Shown: positions 38,223-49,445, counted from the stretch's first letter. The stretch is 64,000 bases of DNA from Thermoanaerobaculia bacterium (GCA_963816185.1 CAWFJJ010000028.1:320001-384000); one strand, 5' to 3'. Notes: a model not told the origin generated them from the letters alone. Numbers and translations: made by a program.

Positions 38223-39835
38223 GCAGAGGCGATTTGCTCTCCTGTGGGCGATCGTTTTGGGCGCCGGCGGCATCGCCCTGGTAACCCTCGGCCGATACGG
38301 TCTTCACATCGTCGCCTTCGGGCTTCTCTATGCCGCTCTCGCGACGAGCTGGACCTGCCTGCGCGCAACGGGGCTCTTCTCCTTCGGGCAGGCCGCATTC
38401 TTCGGAGTCGGAGCGTTGACGCAAGCCTGGCTCGTCGCAGCCGGCGGGATCTCCCCGTGGCTGGCTCTCTGCGCGAGCGCGGGGGCGGGTGCGTTGGCGG
38501 CGGTCCCGATGATCGCCGGCCTTCGTCTCTCTCCTGCGAGCTTCGGACTGGCGACCCTCGCGTACGCCATCCTTCTGAAGGGTCTGGCGTCAAATGCGCC
38601 CGCCTTCGGAATGGAGGGATTCCTCCTCCCCAAGACGCCTGGCTTCGACGGGCCCGCGGCCCCGCTCGTCGTGACACTGGCCGTACTGGTCTTGGCCATC
38701 ATTCTCGGCTACGAGGCGTTCCTCAGCCGGCCGAGCGGCCGCGCCGCTGCCGCGATTCGCCAGTCGCCCGAGACGACGCTCGCCCTGGGAATCGACCTCG
38801 TCGCGGCGCGCTGGCGCCCGCTCACGCTGAGCGCGGCCACGACGGCGATGGCGGGCGCCCTTTACGCGCATCTCGTCGGAAGTGTCGAAACGGCCGTCGT
38901 TTTTTCGTCGACCTTCTCGGTCATACCGCTGATCTTGGGGATGCTGGGAGGGGCTCTCAACCCTCTCGGCGGATTGGTCGGGACGCTCGCGCTTTATCCG
39001 CTCGACGAGCTCTTGTTCAGGCCTGTCTTTCCACAGGCCCACATCCTCGTCTATGGCCTCGCCCTCTGCTGCTTGCTGCTCTTCAGGCCCGAGGGCCTCC
39101 TCGGGATCCGGACGCCACCGATTCCGATCTACGCGTCTTCGCGGCGGATCGCTCACGGGCCGTGGCCATTGTCCGTTCGCGGGCTGACCGTGCAGCGCAA
39201 TGGGACGACGGTGCTCCGCGACGTCAATTTCGCGCTCGAACCCGGTCAGATTCTCAGGGTTCTCGGGCCCAACGGCGCGGGCAAGACGTCGCTCCTTCTG
39301 GCGATTGCCGGGAGGCATTCCCGCCGCGCGAGGAGCGGTTCTGCTGGGCGGCGCCCCTTCTCCCACCGGCACCGCGGCGCGGGCCCGACGCGGGCTGGGG
39401 CGGACGTTCCAGGCCCCCAGACCGTTTGCAGAGTGGACCGTGCGCGAGAACGTCGCGCTCGCGGCGGAGCGCGGCGGAGCTCCGGGCGAAGTGGAGAAGC
39501 TGCTTCAGGAGCTCGACCTCTCCGAGCTTTCAGACCGCCGGGCGGGCCAGCTCAGCGTGGGGGAGGGCAAGCGCCTCGAGCTCGCGCGGGCGCTCGCGTT
39601 CGAGCCCTCTCTTCTGCTTCTCGATGAACCCCTGGCCGGGCTCAGCCCGATGGCCGCCGAGCGCGTTTCCCATGTGATCGAGAGGAAGCGCCGCGAGGGC
39701 GCCGCGGTCGTCTGGGTCGAGCACGGCCTTGCTTCCGACGACCTGGCGACCACGCTGCTCGTCCTCGAGGGCGGGCGGATCCGTTTCCTCGGGTCGCCCC
39801 GCGACTGGGAGGCGGCGCGTGGAGCGCCGTCATGA
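38215..39835 (+). CDS. ABC permease-ATPase fusion (LivM-LivG-like), frameshift near 39315
   Basis: GLFSFGQAAFFGVGA, LATLA, Walker A GPNGAGKT, LSVGEGKRLELARAL, LLLDEP. Confidence 0.78.
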
Positions 39836-40537
39836 CGGCTCGCCTCGTCGTGGGCGAGCTCACGGGCGGCTACCCCGGGGTGAGCGTCTTTTCGCGAGCG
39901 AGCTTCTCCGTCGAGTCCGGGGAGATCCTGGCGATCCTGGGCGCCAACGGCTCCGGGAAATCCGCCCTGCTCGAGACCTTGCAGGGCCTTCTTGCGAACC
40001 GGGGCGGCGCTGTCCTTCTCGACGGCGAGAGCGTGCAGGACCTCGCGCCTGAAGGACGCGCCGCGCGCGGGATGAGTCTCGTCTCCGACCGGCGCCGGCT
40101 CTTCAGGGACATGACGATCGACGAGCATTTCCGCATCGGCGCGTTTCGCGCCGCGGCGCGACGCGGCTGGCGACAGCGCTCGCTGCGAGCTTCGGGGCAT
40201 CTTCACGGGTCTGGCGCGACACGGCCGTGCGCGACCGGCAGGCCTGAGCGGCGGGCTCCAGCAGCAGCTCGCGCTCGCGAGGTTCGGCATGTCCTCCCCG
40301 CGGGTCTGGTTGCTGGACGATCCTCTTCAGGGGCTCGATGACGTCACGGAGGGTCGCGTCCTCGAGTGGATCCAGAGAGCGGCCGAAAGCGGCGCGGCCG
40401 TGATCCTGACGGGCCAGCACGTCCGCGCGTTTCTCGGCGTGGCGACGAAAGCGATGTTTCTCGAAGGGGGCTGCCTGACCGCAATTCCCACGGGCGCCGA
40501 GGGCCTCGCGGAGCCACGCGTACGCCGGTTGCTCTGA
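39832..40537 (+). CDS. ABC ATPase (LivF-like), frameshifted
   Basis: GANGSGKS; LSGGxQQ and WLLDDP in the shifted frame. Confidence 0.75.
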
Positions 40538-40575
40538 TTGGTGCCCGTCGGAAGCGTCGTATAGTTCGTCGCGCC

Positions 40576-40986
40576 ATGAGCGAACCCGAAGTCAACTCCA
40601 CTGCTTCCGCGCACTTCATCGTGGCGCCCTCCGATCTCGCGAGCGCCCTCAACCTCGAGCCCGCCGACGCTTTCCCGCCTGTCTTCGCGACGTCCCGAAT
40701 GGTGGCTCTCATGGAGCTTGCGGCGGCACGAGTTCTCAGGCCGCACCTTCGTCCAGGCGAGCTCTCCGTCGGCGTCACGCTCGACGTCGTCCACACGGCG
40801 GCCACTCCTCCCGGCGCCACCGTGTCGGCCACGGCGAAATTCCTCGGGCGCGAAGGAAAGCTCTTCGTCTTCGAGATTCTGGCCACGGACGACGCGGGTG
40901 AGATCGGCCGCTGCACGCACAAGCGTGCGGTCGTCACGACCGAGAGGCTCGTCGCGGGCGCGGCTCGCCGCGGAGAGAAGGCCTGA
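40576..40986 (+). CDS. Hot-dog thioesterase, fluoroacetyl-CoA thioesterase (FlK)-like
   Basis: VFATSRMVALME and HTAATPPG, matching the Thr/Glu/His triad. Confidence 0.82.
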   Translation: MSEPEVNSTASAHFIVAPSDLASALNLEPADAFPPVFATSRMVALMELAAARVLRPHLRPGELSVGVTLDVVHTAATPPGATVSATAKFLGREGKLFVFEILATDDAGEIGRCTHKRAVVTTERLVAGAARRGEKA

Positions 40987-40993
40987 GACCTCG

Positions 40994-41787
40994 TTGACGA
41001 ACGTCGAGATCCTCGGGCGGAATCTCGAATACCGCTGGATCGGACCGCCGCCCGGCGACGCGCCGTCGATCGTGTTCCTGCACGAGGGCCTCGGCTGCGC
41101 CGCGATGTGGCGGGACTTCCCCGACCGCGTGGCGTCCGCGGCTGGCTGCGGCGCTCTCGTCTACAGCCGGACGGGCTACGGCGGCTCCGACCCGGTGCTC
41201 GCGCCGCGGCCCGTTCGCTACATTCACGACGAGGCGCTCGAGGTGCTCCCGGCCGTCCTGGAGCATTTCAAGCTCGAGAAGGCCGTTCTTTTCGGTCACA
41301 GCGACGGCGCGTCGATCGCACTCATCCATGCCGGCGCCCGTTCAAGCTCCGTCCGCGCGCTGATCCTCGAGGCTCCGCACGTCGTCGTGGAACGGTCAGC
41401 CTCGAGGGCATCACGCGGATCACAGCGGATTACGAGACGACGAACCTGAGAGAGCGGCTTGCTCGGCATCACGGCCGCAACACCGACTCGATGTTTCGGG
41501 CGTGGTCCGACGTGTGGCTCAGACCCGAGTTCCGGCAGTGGAGCATTGAAGAGTATCTGCCGTCGATCGAGTGCCCCGTCCTCGTCGTGCAAGGCGAGGA
41601 CGACCAGTACGGCACCCGAAAGCAGGTGGACGCCGTCGTGACGAAGGTCAGGGGTCCGGCCGAATCGCTGATCCTTCCGCGTTGCGGCCACTCTCCGCAC
41701 TCGGAGCGGCCGGACGAAGTCCTCGACGCGGCTCTCCGGTTCATCCGAAACACGCTCGATCCGCGGCGCGACGCGCCGCCTGCTTAG
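40994..41787 (+). CDS. Alpha/beta hydrolase (frameshift near 41395)
   Basis: FLHEGLG, GHSDGAS, QGEDDQYGT, CGHSPH. Confidence 0.82.
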
Positions 41788-43816
41788 GAGGGTGAGTGTG
41801 AAGACAGGACGACCCGCGGCGTCGACGACCGTCAGACCCTTCTCGTGCACGATGACCGGGTTCAGGTCCATCTCGTCGATCTCGGGATGTCGCTTCACCA
41901 GGCTGGAGACCTGAACGAGAAGCCGCCGGAGCGCCGCCACATCGGCGGGCTTTCCTCCGCGAACTCCCTCGAGCAGCTTCGCTCCCCGCGTCTCTCCGAT
42001 CATCTCGGCCGCGTCCTTCTCGGAGAACGGAACGATCCGGAACGCGACGTCCTTGAAGACCTCGACAAGGATGCCCCCGATTCCGAACATCACGGCGTGG
42101 CCGAACTGGAGATCGCGGGTCACGCCCACGATGATCTCGAGTCCTCGCGCGGCCATGGCGCTGACGAGGACTCCGCCGGATCGCGCCCCGAGGCGCCGCA
42201 CGACGCCCTCGAGGTCCTGAAACGCTTTCCGGACTCCCGCCTCGTCTTTCACGTTCAGAACGACTCCTCCCACGTCGCTCTTGTGCGTCACGTCCGGAGA
42301 ATTCAACTTGACCGCGACGGGGTAACCGATCTCGCGAGCGGCGGCGACAGCCGACTCCTCGTCCGGGGCCTGCCGCGATAGGACGACTTCGACCCCGTCG
42401 CGTTCCAGAAACGCCATGGAATCGGCAGGGGAGAGCGATCTCGCAGCCGGGGCCGGAGGTGCGACGGCCGGAGACGTCTCGAGCGTCTCGGGGGAAGCGG
42501 TCGCGGGCGAAACGAACGTGGCAGGAATAGGCCTTGACGGCGCGGTCCGGCGTCGGAAAGACGGCGATCCCCTTTTCGTGAAGGAGAAGCCGCTCGGCCC
42601 GCTCAACGTCGGCGCCGCCGAGATACGCCACGAGGTCGGGCCGCCCCGGCTCCAGGGCGTTCGACGCGCCGGGGATCGGATCTCCGAAGATCGTCAGGAC
42701 GACGTCGTAGTGATCCCGTGCGGCGGCGATGACGCTGCGGAAGCGCTCGGCGTCGCCGTCTCCGGTGAGGTCGAGCGGGTTTCCGACGATGAAATGGGAC
42801 GGCAGAACCTCCCGCAGCTTTGCCGCCAGAGGGCCGGGCAACGGGCTGATCCGAAACCCGTTGTCCGCCGCGACGTCCGTCGCGATGATCGCCGATCCTC
42901 CGGAGCTCGTGACGATGAGCATCCGCGGTCCGGCGGGAGCCGGCACGTAGGCGAGGGCCTTCGAGAAGTCATAAAGCTCCTCGAGCGAAGCGGCGCGGTG
43001 GATGCCGAACTGCCGGAAGACGGCGTCGTAGATCTCGTCCTTCCCGGCCAGCGACCGGGTGTGCGACTCGGCGGCCTTGCGCCCCTGCTCGGTCCGGCCC
43101 GCCTTGAAAATCACGATGGGCTTCCGGCACGCCCGGACGGCGGACAGAAAACGCGGGGCGTCCTTCACGCCTTCGATGTAAAGCGTGATCACCTTCGTGT
43201 TCGGGTCGGCGCCGAAGAACTCGATCAGATCGGCTTCGTCGACGTCGATCCTGTTGCCCATGCTCACGAACGCCGAGAACCCGAGCCTCTCCTCGGCCGC
43301 CCAGTCGATGAGCGCCGCCCCGACCGTTCCGCTTTGCGAAGCGATGGCCATCGCGCCCTTGCGGGTGATGAGGGGCCAGGACGCGCAGAGGCCATGGTGC
43401 GGGTAGTTCACGCCCTGACAGTTCGGCCCGACCACACGGATTCCGCACCGGGCCGCGTTCTGCTTGACCTCCTCCTGCAGACGCGCCCCGTCGGCCCCCG
43501 CTTCGGCGAAGCCTCCGGTGATGACGATGGCGGCCCGCACCTTCCGCTCGCCGAGCTGGAGGATGGTGCCGGGGACACTAGCTGCCGGAACGATGACGAC
43601 GGCCAGATCGGTGCCTGATGGAATGTCGTCCGTCGACTTGACGGACGGGACGCCGAGAATCGCCTCTCCCCTCGGGTTCACGGGGATGACCGGACCGGCG
43701 AACCCCGCTTCGAGGATGTTCTTGAAGATCGTGAATCCCAGCTTCCCGGGCTTCGCGGAGGCGCCGACGACAGCCAGCGCGTTCGGACGAAAGAGAGCCT
43801 GCAGGGAGTCGCTCAT
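41784..43816 (-). CDS. ADP-forming acyl-CoA synthetase, fused alpha+beta (frameshifts near 42490 and 41815)
   Basis: AVVGASAKPGKLG, VGPNCQG, SQSG, phospho-His SHT, SSGG, NPLDL; ATP-grasp HKSDVGGV, EMDLNPV. Confidence 0.85.
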
Positions 43817-43927
43817 GTCGCTCCTCGAAAACGGATTAGGCGAAGTCTATCCCGCGGGCCTGGCGCGAGCGGCTAGACTCGTCGGGCGTGATCAGAGATC
43901 GGAGTCGCGCTGATCCGGAGCCATTTC

Positions 43928-45775
43928 GTGTCTCTCTCTAAGGAGGAGATCCTCGAGGATTTCGAGAAGCTGGTTCGGGAGGGCATCCTCCTTGGCGCCG
44001 ACCGCGACCCCGCGATCAGGGACGGAGCCGAGTTCGACCGAGGGCTCGTCAAGAAGAAGGGGAAGGGAAGCCGATTTCTCATCCGGAAGGTCCCCCGGAG
44101 ATCGATTCTCCTGAGGCGCTGGGCACGTCTCTTCGAGAACGCGATCTCGCCGTGCGCCCTGCTCGACGCGCTCTCCGCCAGGATCCACGAGTTCGAGCAC
44201 CGGGAGAAGCTTCTTCTCTTCAGCAGGGACCGGATCATCTATGACGCGGAGATCTTTCACGGGGAGGAGGGCGTCGGCGAGCTCACCCTCAGTTTCGCGT
44301 CGCTCCGGGATCCGTCTCTGGGATTGCGCGGTTATTTCTCGAGCGAGAGGCTGCGGGTCGTCTACATCGAGCACATCCGCCTGACGGCTCAGAAGTCCGG
44401 ATACGCCTCGGCACTCTTCCGTCATTACGAGCGGCTCTTTCACGACCTCGGATTCAACCAGTTCCGGCTCAGTGCCGCCCTCTCCGTCGGCCGGTACTAC
44501 TGGGCGCAGGAAGGGTTCGATTTCTCGGAAGGGTCGGAGGTTGGCACGAGGAAGGCGGAGCTCAGGGCCCTCGTGAAGGAGAGGGGCCTTCCCGTCCGGG
44601 AGGTGGAGATCGGACGTCTGAACCACGCCTACGATTTCGCCCGCTTCAGAAGAGAGCTCAGGATTCCCGTCTATCGGGATGCGGAGGGATTTTATTCGTC
44701 GAAGGGCGACGCCCGCTTTCGCGAGGAAGTCTCCCTGCCGCTTGGAAAGGCGTTTCTTCTCTCCTCGGCGCCCTGGGAGGGATACAAGACGATTTACACG
44801 AACACCCCGCGGAGAACGGGTTTCGTCACGTCGAGGGAGTATCTCTCGCATCGAACGCGCGCCGGGCACGTCGAGAGCCCCGGGCGACTTCGCGTGCTCA
44901 GGAAGGCGATCGACAAGGAAGGCCTGAGAAGGAGCCTCGTGACCCTGTCGCCGTACGTCCCCGACCTCGAATTCCTCGAGGGAATTCACCGGGCCGAGTA
45001 CCTGGCCAGATTTCGCGAAAGCGTCCGGAGCGGCAAGAAGGTGTTCGCCACGGCTGACTGCTCGATTTCCGCGGCAAGCTTCGACGTCGCGCTTCTGGCG
45101 GCCGGCGGCGTAATGGCGGGTGTGGATGCGGTCCTGAACGGGAGGGTCGACAATGTCTTCTGTGCCGTCAGGCCGCCCGGACACCACGCGGGACGGAATT
45201 CCGCGATGGGATTCTGCTTCATCAACAACGTCGCAGTGGGAGCGGTCTACGCGCGGGCGGTCTACGGCGTGGAGAAGATCTTCATCCTCGACTGGGACGT
45301 CCATCACGGCAACGGGACGCAGGAGATCTTCGAGGGAGACCCTCTGACGTATTACTGCAGCCTCCACGAGCACCCCACGTTCTGCTTTCCGGGCACGGGC
45401 CGGAGGATGGAGCGCGGGACGGGCGTAGGCGCCGGGTTCACCCTGAACCTGCCGCTGAAGCCGCACACGAAGGACCAGGAGCTGATGGAGATCTTCGAGC
45501 GAGAAGTCGTCCCGGAGATCGAGCGCTTCGAACCCGGCCTCATCATGGTCTCCGCGGGCTTCGACGCGCACGAAAGCGACCCCATCGCCGACCTCGATCT
45601 CACGGAGAAGTCCTTTGCTTACATGACGCGCAGGGTCTGCGAGCTGGCGGATCGACACTGCGGGGGCAGGATCGTGTCCGTCCTGGAAGGAGGGTACGGT
45701 CCCGCCCTGGCCTCGTCGACACTCGTCCACTTGAAGATTCTTCAGGGAAGGAGTCCGGAATGTTCGTCGGAATAA
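43928..45775 (+). CDS. Zn-dependent deacetylase (HDAC family) with N-terminal GNAT-like domain
   Basis: HDAC motifs RPPGHHA, GFCFINN, DWDVHHGNGTQ, SAGFDAH, LEGGY. N-terminal QKSGYASALF..GRYYWAQEGF. Confidence 0.82.
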   Translation: MSLSKEEILEDFEKLVREGILLGADRDPAIRDGAEFDRGLVKKKGKGSRFLIRKVPRRSILLRRWARLFENAISPCALLDALSARIHEFEHREKLLLFSRDRIIYDAEIFHGEEGVGELTLSFASLRDPSLGLRGYFSSERLRVVYIEHIRLTAQKSGYASALFRHYERLFHDLGFNQFRLSAALSVGRYYWAQEGFDFSEGSEVGTRKAELRALVKERGLPVREVEIGRLNHAYDFARFRRELRIPVYRDAEGFYSSKGDARFREEVSLPLGKAFLLSSAPWEGYKTIYTNTPRRTGFVTSREYLSHRTRAGHVESPGRLRVLRKAIDKEGLRRSLVTLSPYVPDLEFLEGIHRAEYLARFRESVRSGKKVFATADCSISAASFDVALLAAGGVMAGVDAVLNGRVDNVFCAVRPPGHHAGRNSAMGFCFINNVAVGAVYARAVYGVEKIFILDWDVHHGNGTQEIFEGDPLTYYCSLHEHPTFCFPGTGRRMERGTGVGAGFTLNLPLKPHTKDQELMEIFEREVVPEIERFEPGLIMVSAGFDAHESDPIADLDLTEKSFAYMTRRVCELADRHCGGRIVSVLEGGYGPALASSTLVHLKILQGRSPECSSE

Positions 45776-46416
45776 GGATGACACGGAACGTCTTCACGGT
45801 CTCCCCGGGAGACACCTTGAAGTTCGCGAGCAACGTCCTGCACGAGAACCGGATCCATCAGCTTCCCGTCGTCGAACGCGGGGAGCTGGTCGGCTTCGTG
45901 TCGGGTACCGACATACGCAATTCGACGTTCGAGACGTCGACCGTTACGCAGCTCGGCAAGATCCTCGTGAAGAACAAGACCGTCCAGGAGATCATGACGC
46001 GCGAGGTGATCACGGTCAGCCCGGGGGACACGGTCGAAGACGCGCTTCTGATCTTCCACAAGAAAAGGCTGGGCGCCCTGCCCGTCGTGGACGGGAAGAA
46101 GCTCGTCGGAATCATCACGAAAGCCGACGTTCTGGCGGCTTTCTGCGACACCCTCAGGATCGAAGAGCCCGGCGTGAGAATCGAGGTGCTCCTCCCGCGC
46201 GACCCCGGTTCGCTCATTCATCTCGTGCGGCGCCTCGGGGAGCTGAGAACCGAGATCCGAAGCCTGATCTTGTCCCCCTTGCGGGAGGGCTTCGTGGCTT
46301 TCATCCGGCTCTCGACGATCGACGTGGCTCCCGTGAAGAAGTCTCTCAAAGACGCCGGCTTCACCGTGCCCGAGCTTTCGGATTTCTTGGCTGGAACCGT
46401 GCGCGACGAATCATGA
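45760..46416 (+). CDS. acuB: CBS-pair + ACT protein (AcuB-like) 1
   Basis: IHQLPVVE, IMTREVITV, LGALPVVD, C-terminal ACT-like domain. Confidence 0.75.
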   Translation: MFVGIRMTRNVFTVSPGDTLKFASNVLHENRIHQLPVVERGELVGFVSGTDIRNSTFETSTVTQLGKILVKNKTVQEIMTREVITVSPGDTVEDALLIFHKKRLGALPVVDGKKLVGIITKADVLAAFCDTLRIEEPGVRIEVLLPRDPGSLIHLVRRLGELRTEIRSLILSPLREGFVAFIRLSTIDVAPVKKSLKDAGFTVPELSDFLAGTVRDES

Positions 46417-46432
46417 GGACTCGAGGTGTGCC

Positions 46433-47062
46433 ATGTTGATTCGAGACATCATGCGGAGCCCGGCCGTTGCCATCTCCGCCGATACGACGCTCCAGGACGC
46501 CTACCAGACCATGCGCGACAGGGAAATCCGGCACCTGCCGGTTCTCGAGGGCGAAAAGCTCGTCGGAGTCGTCACGGATCGTGACCTGAGGCTGGCGACC
46601 AGCGCGCTCGCGCCATCACCGTTCCCGCCAGGCAGCCGCGTCTGCGAGGTGATGACGCTGGAACCGCTGACGGCGGACGCCTCGGACCCGGTCGAGGACG
46701 CGGCGCGCGCGATGCGCGAGCGGAAGATCGGCTGCCTGCCGGTCCTGGACGACGGGCGTTTGATCGGCATCGTCACGGGCCTCGATCTGCTGGACGCCTT
46801 GATGCGCTTGACGGGCGTGCACAAGCCCTCGGGCCGCCTGGAAGTGCGGCTCGCCGACCATCCGGGCGAGCTCGCGCGGCTCACGGGCTTCGTCAGCCAC
46901 CGTGACCTGAACATTCACTCGATCCTGACGTATCCCGAAGGCTCCGACTCGGTTCGGACCGTCCTGCGCATCGGCTCGATCGAAACCGGGCTGCTCGCAC
47001 AAGACCTGCGCCGTGCCGGTTTCGAGGTGCTGTGGCCCCCGGAGAAGCCGTGCCCGCGGTGA
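46433..47062 (+). CDS. acuB: CBS-pair + ACT protein (AcuB-like) 2
   Basis: IRHLPVL, VTDRDLR, KIGCLPV, LTGVHKPSGRLEV..DHPGEL, GFEVLWP. Confidence 0.82.
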   Translation: MLIRDIMRSPAVAISADTTLQDAYQTMRDREIRHLPVLEGEKLVGVVTDRDLRLATSALAPSPFPPGSRVCEVMTLEPLTADASDPVEDAARAMRERKIGCLPVLDDGRLIGIVTGLDLLDALMRLTGVHKPSGRLEVRLADHPGELARLTGFVSHRDLNIHSILTYPEGSDSVRTVLRIGSIETGLLAQDLRRAGFEVLWPPEKPCPR

Positions 47063-48189
47063 TCTACTCACCGGCCTACGGGAGATACTCCTTCGGCGAC
47101 GAGCATCCCTTCAGCCCCGCCCGCACCGACATGTTGCTCGACCTCGTCCGTGCGCTCGGGCACCCCGTGGAAACGGTCGAACCGAAGCCGGCGACACGGG
47201 AGGAGCTCCTCGACGTGCACGCGGACGCGTATGTCCGCCGCGTGGAGAAGCTGAGCGTGGGCGAGCTCGTTCCGGACGGACCGGAGTATGGGCTCGGAAC
47301 GCAGGACACGCCTTCGTTCCCCGGCATGGACGAGGCGGCGCGGTTGCTCGTCGGCGGAACTTTGCTTGGGGCGCGGCTGATCTCGGAAGGGAAAGAGAAA
47401 CGCGTCCTCCAGCTCGGCGGGGGGCTGCATCACGCGCGCCCCGGCGTCGCGTCGGGTTTCTGCATCTACAACGACCTCGCGATCGCGATCAACTTCCTCA
47501 CCCGGAACGGACTGAAAGTGGGCTATCTCGACATCGACGTCCACCACGCCGACGGTGTTCAGCAAATCCTCGACGAAGACCCGCGCGTCTTGACGGTGAG
47601 CCTTCACGAGTCGGGGAAGTACCTCTTCCCGGGGAGCGGCGAGATTCGTGAGCTCGGCTCGGGTGCCGGCCGCGGCCTGAAGCTCAATCTGCCGCTGGAG
47701 CCATTCACCGAAGGCGAGAGCTACCTGGAAGTTTTCGAGAGGGTGATCCCGGCGGCGCTGCGGCACTTTCGCCCCGACGTCCTCGTCGTCCAGGCGGGCG
47801 CGGACGCGCATTTCGACGACCCGCTCGCCGACCTCATGCTGACGACGCGCGATTACGAAGCCATCTTCAAGCGGATTCTGGAGTTGGCGGACGAATTCAC
47901 CACGGGCCGGGTGCTTTTCACGCTCGGAGGCGGCTACTCGTTCCGCGCCGTGCCGCGCGTGTGGGCGATCCTCTACCTCCTGATTCACGGTCTCCCCGTG
48001 GCGCGGGACCTTCCGGAGTCGTGGCGGAGCAAATGGAGCCGCGCTTCGGAAAGCGAGCTCCCGCTCACCTTCCACGATCCGAATCCGTCGCATGCCGACA
48101 TTCCGAACCGCTACGAGATCGCGCACCGCAACCGGCAAGTGGCCGAGCGGCTGTTGGACCTGACGCGGCAATACTGGTTCCCGAGGTAA
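47050..48189 (+). CDS. acuC: Acetoin utilization protein AcuC (protein lysine deacetylase)
   Basis: FGDEHPFSP, YGLGTQDTPSF, GGLHHA, SGFCIYND, DIDVHHADG, LHESGKYLFPG, GADAHFDDPL, GGGY. Confidence 0.9.
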   Translation: MPAVIYSPAYGRYSFGDEHPFSPARTDMLLDLVRALGHPVETVEPKPATREELLDVHADAYVRRVEKLSVGELVPDGPEYGLGTQDTPSFPGMDEAARLLVGGTLLGARLISEGKEKRVLQLGGGLHHARPGVASGFCIYNDLAIAINFLTRNGLKVGYLDIDVHHADGVQQILDEDPRVLTVSLHESGKYLFPGSGEIRELGSGAGRGLKLNLPLEPFTEGESYLEVFERVIPAALRHFRPDVLVVQAGADAHFDDPLADLMLTTRDYEAIFKRILELADEFTTGRVLFTLGGGYSFRAVPRVWAILYLLIHGLPVARDLPESWRSKWSRASESELPLTFHDPNPSHADIPNRYEIAHRNRQVAERLLDLTRQYWFPR

Positions 48190-48226
48190 GCGGGCGGCGG
48201 CTGGGAAATCTTCTTCCCCCGCGTTG

Positions 48227-49420
48227 TTACTTCGGCGCGATCATCTTTCCGGCGGCCTTCGCAGGAGGGTAGAGAAGGACGTGTCGTCCGTTCTGGATCT
48301 GGAAGATGCCGACTTGGTAATGCTGCGGGTTCCCGTGCTCGTCGAATTGCAGCCGCTCCAGCGGGAGCAGCAGGTCGGTTTCGCGTAGGGCGTCGCGGAC
48401 GGCATCCCGCTCCGGAACTGCGGACGCGCGGGACGCCTTCTCGAACGCCGCCAACACCGCCCGCGCCGCGGTGTATCCGTACATGCTGAGCGGCGCCGGC
48501 GGATGCTTGAACTCCCTCGTGAATCCCGCCTCGTAAGAGCGGCTGCCCGCGAGATCTCCGGAGAGCGACATCCCGGGCTCCCAGACGATCGCGCCGATTG
48601 CGCCCTCCGCGACGGGGCCGAGCTGCGCGACGAGCGCCGGGAACTCCATTCCGAAGGCGCCCACGACTGCGAACCCGGAGCTCGTCTGGCCGGAGACCTG
48701 CCGGAGAAGAACGAGGTTGTCCGCGAAAAACCCGTCCATGAGGAGGAGCCGCGCGCCGCTTGCCTTCACGCGGGCAAGGAGAGGGATGAAATCCGGCGTC
48801 CCTGTCTGGAAGCTCTCGAACGTGGAGACTCTGACCCCGTTCGCCTCGAGCCGTTCTTTCTGGAGCCGGGCGAGCTGCGTCGCGCCCGGCGTCGCCGAAT
48901 GGAGGATTGCAACGTCTTTCGCGGGCAGGAGCTCGAGAGGAACGGCCGTCGTGGCGTCCACGAACGGCTCGAGTCGGCTGATCCTGAAGAACCAGGCGTT
49001 TCCGCGCTGCGTCAGCCGCTGATCGAGCGAGGAGCTCGCCACGTAAGGGACGCGTTCTCGCTCGGCCACCTGGGCCACCGGGCCGACGATGCTGTCGACG
49101 TATCCGCCCACGAGCGCGCTGACTCGTTTGTGCGTGGTCAGCTCCTGGGCTGCGGTCGTCGCTTCGTCCGGTCTCCCGCTGTCGTCCCGCGTGATCAGGG
49201 TGACCGGGCGTCCGCGGACCCCGCCGGCGGCGTTCGCCTCCGAGACGGCGTAGACGACGCCTTCGTGCACGGCCGCTCCCTGGGCCGCCATGACGCCGCT
49301 GAGGGACTCGACCTCGCCGATTCGCAGGTCCACGGCGCTCTTCGGGTCGCGGGAGCACCGCGCGGCGTAAAGCCCCAACGCCAGCAGCGGGCCGAATGCG
49401 GCGAACCGTGGAACCTTCAC
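48227..49420 (-). CDS. Branched-chain ABC transporter substrate-binding protein (LivJ/K family)
   Basis: Signal peptide with Cys, LRIG...SLSG, NAAGGVRGRPVTLITRDD, WFFR, LQFDEHG. Confidence 0.85.
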   Translation of the reverse strand: MKVPRFAAFGPLLALGLYAARCSRDPKSAVDLRIGEVESLSGVMAAQGAAVHEGVVYAVSEANAAGGVRGRPVTLITRDDSGRPDEATTAAQELTTHKRVSALVGGYVDSIVGPVAQVAERERVPYVASSSLDQRLTQRGNAWFFRISRLEPFVDATTAVPLELLPAKDVAILHSATPGATQLARLQKERLEANGVRVSTFESFQTGTPDFIPLLARVKASGARLLLMDGFFADNLVLLRQVSGQTSSGFAVVGAFGMEFPALVAQLGPVAEGAIGAIVWEPGMSLSGDLAGSRSYEAGFTREFKHPPAPLSMYGYTAARAVLAAFEKASRASAVPERDAVRDALRETDLLLPLERLQFDEHGNPQHYQVGIFQIQNGRHVLLYPPAKAAGKMIAPK

Positions 49421-49445
49421 GCGGTGACCGGTTCCGTGCCGAGGG

